NCBI GenBank assembly: GCA_963716175.1
Contig: OY970296.1
Coordinates: forward strand, 3,552,001 to 3,616,000
Origin: an uncultured Armatimonadetes bacterium
Lineage (GTDB): Bacteria; Armatimonadota; Hebobacteria; Hebobacterales; Hebobacteraceae
Reading direction: 5' to 3'
Length of the DNA: 64,000 bases
Numbering within the stretch: the first letter of the stretch is position 1; every line of letters starts with the position of its first letter. Shown in pieces: positions 8,721 through 19,173 of this stretch. Under the pieces are notes generated by a model. That model did no database searches. It saw nothing but the letters and a program-made list of their open reading frames with translations, and was not told where the DNA came from. Both the position numbers and the translations under genes were made by a program.

Positions 8721-9632
8721 ATGTTGACACGCGTTAGCGGCATCCTCGTGGGCTTCCTGGCGTTAGCAATGGTGACTGGCTGCTACCGAGGCCGGCCGGC
8801 CCCCAGCGCGGGCCGCAGGGAAGCGCAAGGGCCGGCCGGGCGGCAGACCATCCACCAGACCGGATCCACCACGATGCTGCCCATGGCAGAGAAGTGGCAC
8901 ACGGCCTTCAACATCGAGCACCCGGAGATCGAGATCGTGGTTTCCGGCGGCGGTACCGAAGCCGGCCTAAAGGCCTTGATCTCGGAAACGGCCGAGATCG
9001 CTGATTCCTCCCGCGAGCTCGAGCCCGCAGAGATCCAACAGGCGAAGGCGGCCCAGGTGTACCTGCTGGCCACAAAGGTGGCCAGGGATGGTGTCGTGGT
9101 CATCGTCAACCCAGCCAACCCGATGCGCGCAATCACTCTGGAGCTGCTGTCCGACATTTACTCGGGGAAGGTCAAGGACTGGGGCCAGGCCGGAGTGTCC
9201 GGCCTCGGCGCCATCGAGCTAGTGAGCCGGGACCCCGCCTCCGGCACCCGGAAACTGTTCAAGGATGTGGCGGTCACTCTCAAGGGTCGGGACAAGGGCC
9301 GCGACTATGCCCCGAAGGCGCTGGAGCAAACCTCGAGCGAGGCCGTGCTCACCCTGGTCAGCCAGAGCAAGAACGCCATCGGCTACGTGGGGCTGGGGTA
9401 TGTGAACAAGACCGTGCGGCCGCTCGACATCATCGTGGAGGAGGGACAGGAACCGATTCCTGCGTCGCCGGGCACGGTGCGCGATGGCACCTACCCTCTG
9501 GCCCGGGACCTTTACTGCGTCACCAATGGAGAGCCGACGGGCGCAGTGAGAACCTACCTGGACTGGGTTCAGGGGCCACGAGGCCAGGTGATTGTGGAGC
9601 AGACCGGCTACGTTCCCCTGATCGCGCCATGA
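8721..9632 (+). CDS. pstS: Phosphate ABC transporter substrate-binding lipoprotein, PstS family
   Basis: Lipobox-like MVTGC; GSTTMLP, GGGT, DSSR, SRDPASGT, AIGYVGLGY, YPLAR. Confidence 0.9.
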   Translation: MLTRVSGILVGFLALAMVTGCYRGRPAPSAGRREAQGPAGRQTIHQTGSTTMLPMAEKWHTAFNIEHPEIEIVVSGGGTEAGLKALISETAEIADSSRELEPAEIQQAKAAQVYLLATKVARDGVVVIVNPANPMRAITLELLSDIYSGKVKDWGQAGVSGLGAIELVSRDPASGTRKLFKDVAVTLKGRDKGRDYAPKALEQTSSEAVLTLVSQSKNAIGYVGLGYVNKTVRPLDIIVEEGQEPIPASPGTVRDGTYPLARDLYCVTNGEPTGAVRTYLDWVQGPRGQVIVEQTGYVPLIAP

Positions 9633-9857
9633 GCGCGAGGCCATCTTAGCCTCACGCGGCCGCGGGTCGCCCGAGCGCTCTCCAGCCAAGCGCGCGTCGT
9701 CTCCCACCTACGGCCGCGGTCGGCAGCAGGCCTCCGGCCGCCGTTTGCCGACCGCGCGCACTGCCGGACCAGTCGAAGGGTTCGCGCGAGTGGCGATGAA
9801 AGGGGAAACAAGAGTCAGCGCGCGGTACCGCGCGCAGCCCAAGGAGGCAGTGGCAGC

Positions 9858-11171
9858 ATGACATCACAGCAAGATTCGGTCCCCTGCGGATTGCTGGAGG
9901 CGCGTTTCGTAGATATCTTCGGCCGGGTGAAGGCGATGGCCATTCCCCTGCAGCAGCCGTCGGCCGATCTGGCGCAAGTGGCGCGCGATCCTGCCGTGCT
10001 CAGAGGTATCAGCGTAGATGGATCCAGCGTCGCTGGCTACACTCAGGTGGAGGACTCGGACCTCCACCTGGCCCCGGATGTCAGCACCATCTTCCGAGTG
10101 CCGTATGACGGAAGGCGGGCCGCCGCCTATTGCGACATCTACCAGCGCGGGGAAGGGCCGCAGGGCGCGCCCGTTGCCGCCGATCCCCGGGGCCGCCTGA
10201 AGGCGGTGCTGACCGAGTGCCTGACGCCTCAGCAGCGAGTCGAGATCAAGCCCGAGTTGGAGTTCTTCCTGTTGCGCGGGGAGGCGCCGGCCGATGGCGG
10301 AGGATACCTGGACATCTACCCGAATGACGAGCTGGCCGAGCGCCTGAACGAGATCTTCTTCTCCTTACAGCAGATGGGCATCCCCCTGGAGCGAGTGCAC
10401 CACGAATGCGCGCCGGGGCAGGTTGAGGTGGAGGTGGACTACGCGCCCGTCGTCTCCCAGGCCGATCGGCTGGTGTCAGCGAAAGTCGCCATCCGGGCCC
10501 TTGCCCACCGCGCCGGATTGCGCGCCAACTTCATGCCCAAGCCGATGGCCGGCATCGCCGGCAGCGGGATGCACATTCACTTCCGCCTGCTCCAGGGCAA
10601 CCGGAACCTGTTGGGCGCGGAGGGTGGCCGGCTTTCCGATACTGGCCGCCACTTCGTCGCCGGATTGCTGCGGCATGCACCCGCGCTCACCGCGGTGTGC
10701 AATCCCTCGGTGAACTCCTACAAGCGACTGGTGCCAGGCCACGAGGCCCCGGTGTATATCTGCTGGGGATACCGCAACCGCTCTGCCCTGGTCCGCGTCC
10801 CTCTGGCCACCAGCCCCGAGAAGGTCGCGGTCGAGCTCCGCTCTCCCGATGCCACGGCCAACTTCTACTTCGCCATTGCCGCCATTCTCGCTGCCGGCAT
10901 GGAGGGCGTGCGCCGCCAGCTTGAGCCGCCCGACGAGCGCCCGGAGAACGTCTATCAGCTGACGGCCGCGCAGCTCAGGCGCCTGGGCGTGAAGCCTCTG
11001 CCCGCCACCCTGGGAGAAGCGCTCGCCGCGCTGGAACGAGACCCGGTGGTGCTGGAGGCGCTGGGGGCCGAGGTGGCGCCGCGCTTCCTCGCGCTTCACC
11101 GGCAGACCTGGGACCAGTACCTGCACGGGGTCGTGACCGACTGGGAGCGGCAGACCTACGCTGATTACTGA
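9858..11171 (+). CDS. glnA: Glutamine synthetase type I family
   Basis: DGSS, ELEFFL, HHECAPGQ, FMPKP..GSGMHIH, NSYKRLVPGHEAP, NRSALVRVP, ELRSPD. Confidence 0.92.
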   Translation: MTSQQDSVPCGLLEARFVDIFGRVKAMAIPLQQPSADLAQVARDPAVLRGISVDGSSVAGYTQVEDSDLHLAPDVSTIFRVPYDGRRAAAYCDIYQRGEGPQGAPVAADPRGRLKAVLTECLTPQQRVEIKPELEFFLLRGEAPADGGGYLDIYPNDELAERLNEIFFSLQQMGIPLERVHHECAPGQVEVEVDYAPVVSQADRLVSAKVAIRALAHRAGLRANFMPKPMAGIAGSGMHIHFRLLQGNRNLLGAEGGRLSDTGRHFVAGLLRHAPALTAVCNPSVNSYKRLVPGHEAPVYICWGYRNRSALVRVPLATSPEKVAVELRSPDATANFYFAIAAILAAGMEGVRRQLEPPDERPENVYQLTAAQLRRLGVKPLPATLGEALAALERDPVVLEALGAEVAPRFLALHRQTWDQYLHGVVTDWERQTYADY

Positions 11172-11181
11172 TGTAGACAGT

Positions 11182-11207
11182 GGGAGCCCGCAGAGAGGCT
11201 CCCCTAC
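11182..11207 (-). repeat. REP-like palindrome (GTAG class)
   Basis: Minus strand GTAG-GGGAGCC-tctctgcg-GGCTCCC. Confidence 0.6.
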
Positions 11208-11222
11208 GAACTGCATTCAGAT

Positions 11223-11267
11223 GTTGGGCAGGAGCTTCAGTCGCCTCTGGTGACTTGCCTCCTGCCC
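11223..11267 (+). repeat. 45-bp imperfect palindrome, copy 1 (copy 2 inverted at 57733-57777)
   Basis: 43/45 identity to the reverse complement of 57733-57777. Confidence 0.85.
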
Positions 11268-11337
11268 TTTCTGTGTCGCATGCTAGTCCGCAGAGGGGCT
11301 CGCCTGTGGGGTTCTGGGGCGGAGCGGCCGGCCGCTC

Positions 11338-11363
11338 GTAGGGGCGACTCTCAGCGGTCGCCC
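11338..11363 (+). repeat. REP-like palindrome (GTAG class)
   Basis: GTAG-GGGCGAC-tctcagcg-GTCGCCC. Confidence 0.65.
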
Positions 11364-11482
11364 GACGGTGTCCTCACCCCTCAGACCGCCAGGCGATAAA
11401 TGCTCTGCGGGAGGAGATGCAGGCTCCCGGAACGAAGCAAGGGCCGGCGGAAGTGGATGCTGGGTGGGAGGAGGCTGCTGGC

Positions 11483-14159
11483 ATGAGTGCATTGTCTCAG
11501 ACCCCGCTCTTGCTGACCGCGGTTCTCCTGGTGCTGGCCGCAGGTGGAGCTTCTCTGATCCTGCTGCCCGGTCGGGGTGCGCGCAGAAGACGGCTCCGGG
11601 ACCTGGTGACACTGCTCCGCGCCGCCGACCCGAGCGTGCGCGTCCAAGCCCTGGAGAGAGCCCATTCCCTGGCGGCCAGGGACCGCCTCCTGCTCGGCGG
11701 CCTGCTCCGGCGCAATCTCGCTAGCTCCTCCAGGACCTCTGACCCAACGCAGCCCATGACCGTCTGGTTCATACGCCAGATCCTCGCCTTGCTCGTGGAC
11801 GCGCGAACCGCGGTCAGGAGCGATGCCGCCCGCGCGCTGCGCGCGATCATGCAGAGTGATAGCTCACAGCTGATGGACAGGGATGACCCGGCTGTGCTCT
11901 CCCCGGCAGTCGCGGGAGTGCTGGAGCTGGCCGGGGGCCGCGTGCTGGCCGCCAGCCGGGAGAGGCCTGACCAGACCCGGGTGCTCGCTTTCGCGGGAGA
12001 TGCTGGAGGCCGGCCTGCGGCCTCTCGCGCTCGGCCTGCGGGATGGCATCAAGACGGAGACGCTGGAACCCTTGACTGCGGCCCTGCGGGATCGCAGCCC
12101 CCGCGTGCGGCGCAGCCTCTATGAGGTGCTGGCGGCCTTGGGTGGAGAGAAGTCCACTGAGCTGCTGGTGATGGCGCTCCAGGACCCCAGTCCGGACCTC
12201 CGGGCCCAGGCCGCTCGTTCCCTGGGCAAGGCCAAGGCCGGATCAGCCGTGCCTCAGCTCACGCCTCTGCTGCGCGATCCGATTGGCGAGGTGCGGGCGG
12301 CCGCCGCCTCGGCGCTGGCCGAGGTCGGCCTGGCCAGCGCCTGCGCGTCCGTGATCGAGGCCCTCGCCGAGGAGTGCCGGAGAGGGGATAGTGCGGAGGC
12401 TGCTCGTGCCGCCATGACCGATGCCATCGCGCGGCTGGCGGATGGGGGCCGCCCCGAGCTAACGCAAGCGCTGACCAGCCTACCCAGGCCGGTGGCCTCC
12501 CGGCTGGCAGCCGCGCTGGAGCGGAACGGAGTAATAGAGCGCTGGCTCGCCGGCCGGGAAGCGAAGGAGCAAAGCGAGCTGCTTGCCGGCGCCGCCGAAC
12601 TGGGAGTCTCCCGGCCCTTCCTGGAGGCGCTCGACTCTGCCGAGCAATCAGTTCGCCTGCAGTCTGCCGCCGCCCTGGGGCATAGCCATGATCCTGCGGC
12701 ACTGACCGCGGTGGCGGCCCTGCTCGCCGATTCGGATGCCAAGGTGAGAGGAGAGGTGGTGAACTCGCTGGCGAGGTTAAGCGGGCCGCTGAGCCTGGGC
12801 CCGCTGGCCCGGGGGGCGTCGGACCCGGACTCCGGGGTGCGTCTGGCGGCGGTCGGGGGCCTGGGGCACGTGCTCTCCGAGCAGTCGGCCTGGAGAAGCG
12901 ATTCCCTGCCCGGCGATTTCGATCTGGCAGCCGCGCTCTCCCACTCGCAGCAATCGTTGCTGCTGGCAGCCAGAGATCCCGGGGAGGGGGTACGGGTGCA
13001 GGCGGCGCAGGCGCTTGCGGTCTTCAGTTCCGGGGAAGCGGCCTCGGCGCTGGTAGGATTGGCTTTGGGCGATGCCAGCCAGATGGTTCGCGAGACCGCG
13101 ACGCAGGCGGTGGCGCGGTGCGGATTCGCCCACATCCGACACCTGCTGGCCGCTGCGCTCGAGGATCAGGAGGAAAGCCAGCGAGTGCGCGCCATGGGAG
13201 TGCTGGGGGCGCTGGGAGGACCCGAGGCGGGACGGTATCTGGTTGAGGCCCTGCGTGATCCCGCAGCCCAGGTGAGGGAGGCGGCCCTTTCCGCCCTCTC
13301 CCACCATCCAGTGGACGCTCTTGCCGACCGGCTGGCACCGGAACTGAGGAACTCGGATCCGCGGGTGCGAGCCGGAGTAGCGGCCCTGCTGGGGGAGGCT
13401 GGCTCCGCTCAGTACGTTGATGCCCTGGCCCAGGCGCTCGCCGATCCGGACCAGGAGGTCCGAGTGAGCGCCCTGACTGCGCTGGCCCAGTTGGGGCGGC
13501 CAGTGCGCAGGTACGAGAGCGCGTTCAGCGCCAGGCTCAGCGATCCCAGCCCGCGGGTGCGGGAAACCGCGGCGGCCGCGCTGGAGGCGCTGCGGGAAGC
13601 CTGGACCGCCGCGCCCGAGGCCGCCGACTGGCTGCGGGCAGGCCCGCTATCGGCGGCGGGGGCGGCCGCGCTGGTGGAGGACGCGGTTGGCGGCGAGCTG
13701 GAGCCGCTCTTGCGAGCGCTGGACAATGCCCAGTCGGCCCGTTCCCTGGCCCTCTACCTTGCCGGCCTGGGCCGGGGAAAGCTAAACTCGCTGCTCTCCT
13801 CGCTGCGCCGGGCCGAAGGTCCGGCGCAGATGCGCGCGGTGGCTGCGCTCTCCCAGGCGCTTCGGCAGGCCGGAGCGGCTGATGGCTATCTGGCCGAACT
13901 GAAAGCGATAGACTCCGAGGTCCGGCTGATGGCAGTCGAGATGGCAGGCCTGCTGGCCACGCCGGAGGCGATTGGCGCGCTGCTGGAGGTATTGGAGCGG
14001 GATCCACTGCCGGAGGTGAGGAGCCGCGCGGCCTCCATGCTTGCCGAGACGCCGGGCGGAAGCGTTGAGGCGGCCCTGCTGCGCGCCCAGGCGGAGGATC
14101 CCAACGAAGTGGTCCGCCTGGTCGCAGCCCGAGTCCTGGGCCGGCTGCCCCAGGCCTGA
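11483..14159 (+). CDS. Membrane-anchored HEAT/PBS-lyase repeat protein (~890 aa), split by an apparent +1 indel at ~11995-11997
   Basis: RBS GGAGGA and ATG 11483; TM anchor; many L..D....VR..AA.AL repeats; removing one G joins VLAFA to EMLEAGL. Confidence 0.8.
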
Positions 14160-14223
14160 AGCGCTCCTCTCCCACCGTGATTGACCTCCGGGGCCGGCTC
14201 GGCCCCGAACTGCGAGGCAGCCC

Positions 14224-14637
14224 ATGAGATTCGCCACCGACTATCTCTGGTTCAACACCAGCAAGCCCCGTGAGTATGTCAACATCACCGAGCAGGTCGC
14301 GCGGGTGGTGGAGGAGAGCGGGATTCGAGAAGGGATGGTGTTGGTCTCCGCCATGCACATCACCGCCGGGGTATACGTGAATGATGCGGAATCCGGGATC
14401 ATCCGCGATATTGACGAGTGGGCCAATCGCCTCGCGCCCAAGGGGCCCGATTACCACCACCACCGAACCGGTGAGGGCAACGGGGACGCACACCTGAAGA
14501 GCCTCCTGGTTCACCATCAGGTGGTCGTGCCCATCACCGCCGGCCGGCTCGACCTGGGCCCCTGGCAGCGGATCTACTACGCCGAGTTCGACGGTCAGCG
14601 GCGCAAGCGGGTCATCATCAAGGCCATGGGCGAGTGA
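14224..14637 (+). CDS. yjbQ: YjbQ/UPF0047 family protein
   Basis: [32 protein letters not shown]. Confidence 0.93.
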   Translation: MRFATDYLWFNTSKPREYVNITEQVARVVEESGIREGMVLVSAMHITAGVYVNDAESGIIRDIDEWANRLAPKGPDYHHHRTGEGNGDAHLKSLLVHHQVVVPITAGRLDLGPWQRIYYAEFDGQRRKRVIIKAMGE

Positions 14638-14667
14638 GGCGCAGCCGCGGGCGGCGAACGTATCGGC

Positions 14668-15432
14668 TCAGGCTGACGCAGCTCCGCCGGGCAGCAGACG
14701 GCCGCTCTGCACCACATAGGGGTGGGTGGCCTCGGCCGACTGCCACTGCTGGCTTCCCCCGGCGCCAGGGTCGTAGGCACACATCGCCATCACGCCGAGT
14801 GCCTGAAGCAGTCCAGTCGCCCGCCTCTCATATTCCCACCAGGCACCTGGCGGCATCTGTCGCACCAGCGCCCTGCGCGGCCAGCTGAAGGTCCGTGCCT
14901 TTCCCCCGGAGTGAGGGCGAATGGCCTGCTCGGTGCGTCTGAGCTGGCCGTCGGCCGTGAACTCGCCGGGCGGAAGGTAGCACTCGGAGGGGGAGATGAA
15001 GACCAGACTCGCTTGCACCAGCGCCCGATCGGGGCCGGGATCCAGTCGGGCGATAGCTCGGCGCAGCTGAGCTGACCAGCTTGGGGCAGCGATGCACTGG
15101 CAATGCTCACCGGCCTGGAGCCCGGCCGCGAGGAACCGCGCTGCCACTGCCAACGCTTCCTGGCTCGTCTCCGGGAGCAGACAGAGATGGCTTCCCTCGG
15201 GAACTTGGTCGGCGGAGAACCCCAAGTCCACCATCTTCGCCCACGCATCGGCCGGGTGAGCGCCGGATGCGGCAGGCGCAAGCTGCCAGTGCGCGTAGTA
15301 GCCGGTGCGGCCGTCCGGGAAGCTCACCGCCAGGAAGAGGCGGCCCACCTCTTTGACTGTGCCAGTAGCGCCGACAGGTATACCTGGCAGGGCCACCACC
15401 GTTCGCGCTCTATCGCCTACGCGCATCGCCAC
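14668..15432 (-). CDS. MEDS-domain protein with a small N-terminal SH3-like barrel
   Basis: HLCLL..FLAAGLQAGE..YE..MCAYD..THP pattern of MEDS. Confidence 0.75.
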   Translation of the reverse strand: MAMRVGDRARTVVALPGIPVGATGTVKEVGRLFLAVSFPDGRTGYYAHWQLAPAASGAHPADAWAKMVDLGFSADQVPEGSHLCLLPETSQEALAVAARFLAAGLQAGEHCQCIAAPSWSAQLRRAIARLDPGPDRALVQASLVFISPSECYLPPGEFTADGQLRRTEQAIRPHSGGKARTFSWPRRALVRQMPPGAWWEYERRATGLLQALGVMAMCAYDPGAGGSQQWQSAEATHPYVVQSGRLLPGGAASA

Positions 15433-15622
15433 TCCACTGCCGCCTGCTCGGATGCCGTCCCCCTACCTAGTTACTTCCACTTGTAGGTTCGCTGTGTCGC
15501 TGCAAGACCTTCACATGTTTGTTCACGGCTCGCGCCATTGCTCACAGTTCCCGATGTAAGCGCTAACGCGGCTCGATGGTGATTGCAGGGTCAAACGGCC
15601 GCCTGCCGAAACCCGCGGCACT

Positions 15623-16606
15623 GTGGCCGAATATCACTACTGCACCCATGCCGAGGTCCCCGACTGGGAGGCGCTGATCCGCGAGCTCTCGGCGTTAGAG
15701 GGACTGACTTTCTCCCACTATGATGGTGTCGTCCACGCCACGCCCAGCTTCCTGCAGTGGTACACCGCCCGGCCTGGCCTGAAGCCAGGCCTCTGCCAGG
15801 CCGCCTTTGCTGGGAACAAGCTGGTCTCCAACGTGTTCGTCACCCTGGCCCGGATGAGGCTGGGGGGCGGCCCCGTGATCTGTGGGCTGGTTGATACCGT
15901 GATGACTCACCCCGATCACCGCCGCAGAGGCCTCGCCACTGCGCTGCTCGAGCGCGCGCTGAGGGCGATGGAGTCGGAGGGCGCGGACCTCAGCCTGCTC
16001 TACACGGCGCGCGCGGAGGCAGTGCTTCCGCCCGAGCGGCTCTACCAGCGGCTGGGGTACGCGCCGCGAGAACTCGTGACCCGTCTGCTGAGGCCGGCCC
16101 GCCCGGCGGAAGGATCGCCCTCCGTGCTGATGCCTCCGGATGCAAGCGCCCGCCAAGTATTCGATCAGTCGCTGTCCGGGCACGACGGCTGGCTTCTGCT
16201 CGACGATGATCTCTGGAGGTGGCGCCGCCAGCAGCGGCCCCGCGAGTATCCGGTGGCATTGCTCAGGACTGCCTCCGGCGGCGCAGCTGCGCTCTGTACG
16301 GGTGAGCTGATCATGTCTGGCGCGCCACTTCCGGTAAGCGTGATCAGCGATCTCGTGCTGCCCGCGGGTGCTGCCGCTCGCGGCGCGTTGGATGCTCTGC
16401 TCGCCTGCGCGCCCGCGGAGGCGGCGATCACTGTGCTCTGCCCGCAATCTGAGGTGCAGAGAGAACGGCTTCTGCTGGAGGCCGGCTTTGCGCCCTCCGG
16501 TGTGGAGGTGGCCATGCTGCGGCCCATTAGCGAGCGGGGCCGGGCCGCGCTCCGCGCACCAGCCGCTCCCTGGTACGTGGCTGTCGAGTCCGTGATCGGG
16601 GTCTGA
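15623..16606 (+). CDS. GNAT-family N-acetyltransferase
   Basis: VMTHPDHRRRGLATALL acetyl-CoA motif; LYQRLGY. Confidence 0.88.
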   Translation: MAEYHYCTHAEVPDWEALIRELSALEGLTFSHYDGVVHATPSFLQWYTARPGLKPGLCQAAFAGNKLVSNVFVTLARMRLGGGPVICGLVDTVMTHPDHRRRGLATALLERALRAMESEGADLSLLYTARAEAVLPPERLYQRLGYAPRELVTRLLRPARPAEGSPSVLMPPDASARQVFDQSLSGHDGWLLLDDDLWRWRRQQRPREYPVALLRTASGGAAALCTGELIMSGAPLPVSVISDLVLPAGAAARGALDALLACAPAEAAITVLCPQSEVQRERLLLEAGFAPSGVEVAMLRPISERGRAALRAPAAPWYVAVESVIGV

Positions 16607-16718
16607 GCCGCAGTCCCCCAGAACGCCTTACCTGTCGTCAACCTCCCCGCCAGATCCTGGCCGTCTCCGCCCTGTCATAATCTGCCTCCCAAAGCTCGCC
16701 CCCCTTAGCTCCTGCCGC

Positions 16719-16746
16719 TAAAGTCTCTCCCGGCATCTGGCGATAT
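16719..16746 (+). promoter_or_regulatory. Putative sigma28 (FliA/SigD) promoter
   Basis: TAAA(16719-16722)-N16-GGCGATAT(16739-16746), upstream of the FlgM-like ORF. Confidence 0.55.
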
Positions 16747-17148
16747 CTAGTGTGGTGGGCTCAAGCGTACCGGACAGACAGCAGAGGGCGTGCGCTTGCC
16801 CCCCTTCACCATGACCAGAACCTGCGCTGCGCTGACTACGCTTGCCGCGTTGCCGGAAGGGCTAGGGGCCCAGAGCCCTGGCCGCCTTCGCAGAGAACAT
16901 GCCCGCCCTGAGTTGGACGCTCGCTACCGCAGCGCCCCAGGGCGTCCGCTCGGGCGGGCACCAGCAGCGCTGGCGAGCTCAGTGGGCTCGCAAATCCGGC
17001 TTTTCGCAGCTCCGCCCTCTGGCCCGCATTCGACCCCGGTCGCTCCCGCACGGCCGGGCAGGATCGGGCCGCTTTTGCCTCCGCCCGCCCGGACCGGGAG
17101 CGCAAAGCTCCCGGTCCGGGCACTCCTTCTGCCTGATGGCCGCTTGCG

Positions 17149-17475
17149 ATGAAGCGGTTCCAGGGAACGGACAGGGAGGCGAGTGGCTCTGAGCGCGCGA
17201 GCTGGGATAGGTTCGTGGAGGAGGTGCGCTTGGCCCTGGACGCGGCGCGGGCAGCGGGGGATCGGAGCCGACCGAGGCTCGGGCGGCTGGCGAGCCGGGT
17301 CACGGCAGGGCACTACTGGGTTTCGGGTCTGGCCATTGCTGAGGCTGTGGTGCAGGAGCATCAGGGAGTGGGGGAGCCATTCGCGTCCTTTCGCCGGGAC
17401 GTCAGATCTACGTGCTGCCAATCTCATCCCCCTGGATCGGTGGTGTGCCTCGCGGAAGAGGGTGGGCAATGGTAG
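17149..17475 (+). CDS. Putative FlgM-like anti-sigma28 factor
   Basis: RLGRLASRVTAGHYWVSGLAIAEAVV resembles the FlgM C-terminal helices (I..G.Y.V....IA..l); convergent with a FliA/WhiG gene. Confidence 0.55.
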   Translation: MKRFQGTDREASGSERASWDRFVEEVRLALDAARAAGDRSRPRLGRLASRVTAGHYWVSGLAIAEAVVQEHQGVGEPFASFRRDVRSTCCQSHPPGSVVCLAEEGGQW

Positions 17476-17707
17476 CACCCCTGGGGTTCCTCCATTGCCA
17501 CTCCGCCCACCATCTGGTGGGTCTGGAGTGACTGACCCGCCGCCGGCCGGCGCCCGTCCCCCCGGTCGCGTCCGGTCGGCGGCCCGCGGGGCGCTCGACG
17601 GACCCCCGGTCCGCAGATTCCCGGGATTCCGCACACCGATGCGCAATCCCATCGCGAGCGCAAACGAGGGACTTCGGGGCGGCGAGTGCGTGGCCTTCTT
17701 GCGGTCG

Positions 17708-18511
17708 CTAGGGAACGCCTGCGAGCAGGGGCTGAAGCTGAGCGCGCAGCCGGAGCATGGCCTTGCCGTGAATCTGACAGACCCGGGATTCAGTCACCCC
17801 CAGCACACGGCCAATCTCCTTCAAGGTCAGCCCCTCATGATAGTAGAGGCTGACCGCCATCCGCTCGGCCTCCGGCAGCGCGTCGATCGCCTTCGCCAGC
17901 TCGTCTCGCTCTGCCCAGCGCTCCACTTGCTCCTCCGGGGAGAGGGCGCGGCGATCCGCCACCGTGTCACCCAGGGTGTCTTCGTCCCAACCCTCCCCGC
18001 GGCCGCCTGAGATCGCTTCATCCAGGGATTGGACGGCCTGCAGCGCCACCTCTTGGGCGATCTCACTCAGCTCCTCGACCGAGACCTCCAGCGCCGCCGC
18101 CAGCTCCTCGTCAGAGGGAGGCCGGCCCAGCCTATCCTGCAGCCTGGCGCAGGCCGAGGTCACCTCCGACTCGCGCTGGCGAACCGAGCGCGGCAGCCAG
18201 TCCATGTCCCGCAGCATATCCATCACTGCGCCCCGGATGCGGTGATAAGCATAGGTCTCGAACTTGACTCCTCGCCCGGGGTCGAACCGGTCAATGGCGT
18301 CTATCAGGCCCACCACCGCCTGGCTCAGCAGGTCCTCATAGCCCAGCGCCGACGCCGGCCTGAGGTTCATGCGCTCCACGACATAGCGCGCCAGCGGGGC
18401 ATAGCCCTCGATGAGCTGGCGCCGCAGCTCGGCCGCAGGCTCGGAATCGGCGCGGCTCGCCGCGTACTTCCCCCATACCCACTCTGAATCTTCCACCAGC
18501 CCCACCTCCAC
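17708..18511 (-). CDS. fliA: RNA polymerase sigma factor, FliA/WhiG (sigma28) family
   Basis: GLIDAIDRFDPGRGVKFETYA..RIRGAVMD.LR.MDWLPRSVR; LYYHEGLTLKEIG.VLGVTESRVCQIH. Confidence 0.93.
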   Translation of the reverse strand: MEVGLVEDSEWVWGKYAASRADSEPAAELRRQLIEGYAPLARYVVERMNLRPASALGYEDLLSQAVVGLIDAIDRFDPGRGVKFETYAYHRIRGAVMDMLRDMDWLPRSVRQRESEVTSACARLQDRLGRPPSDEELAAALEVSVEELSEIAQEVALQAVQSLDEAISGGRGEGWDEDTLGDTVADRRALSPEEQVERWAERDELAKAIDALPEAERMAVSLYYHEGLTLKEIGRVLGVTESRVCQIHGKAMLRLRAQLQPLLAGVP

Positions 18512-18526
18512 CTGGCCCGGTCCGCG

Positions 18527-18832
18527 TCAGCGGACGGCGTGCTCGTGGCTCTCACCGCCGACCGCAGTCCCGACGGGACCGCCGCCGGCATCGTCAGCGA
18601 GTGATCCAGGTCTGGGCTGCGCCACCTCGTCCTCGCGGGGAGGCGGCCGCAGCCAGCCGAGGGCGTTCGCCGCCCAGCGTGCCAGCCAGATCACGGCCAG
18701 GAAGACCACGATGCTCGCCACCACGGCGTAGAAGGGCCCCATCCCCGCCCACAGCGCCAACTTCCCGGTAAGCGTGAGGGCCGCCATCCCCAGGCCCAGG
18801 GTCGCCCCACACACCAGGTCACACATCTTCAT
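18527..18832 (-). CDS. Small hypothetical membrane protein
   Basis: Two hydrophobic segments; directly upstream of and co-oriented with the sigma gene. Confidence 0.55.
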   Translation of the reverse strand: MKMCDLVCGATLGLGMAALTLTGKLALWAGMGPFYAVVASIVVFLAVIWLARWAANALGWLRPPPREDEVAQPRPGSLADDAGGGPVGTAVGGESHEHAVR

Positions 18833-19173
18833 CGGGGCTCTCCCCTGGGCCAGGAACCAGCGCGGGGATTAGGCAAGAGGCGGGTAGAGGGGATCCAACC
18901 GGTTGGCCAGGAGCCACGAGCGGCCTGGCGGCCACTAAGCGGCGCGACGTACGGCAAAACCGCCCGCCGGCCGCCTGAGCGGTTTCGGGCCTTCAGGCCC
19001 GGAATCGCGGCGGCCGCACGCGCGCCGTTCTGATCGCGCCGTCGTCCAAACCCCACGGTCCACGCCTCTGCTGGACTTCCTGGCTTCCTGCTGGTCCTGC
19101 GGCTCGCTCACGCGAGCCGCCAGAAAGCCACGTGGGGTCTATTCCATAGGGGTTCAGGGGTTTTGAGATCAGG

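Noticed and set aside
9633-9857. Riboswitch in the structured glnA leader
   Set aside because: GC-rich hairpins are present, but I recognise no aptamer consensus
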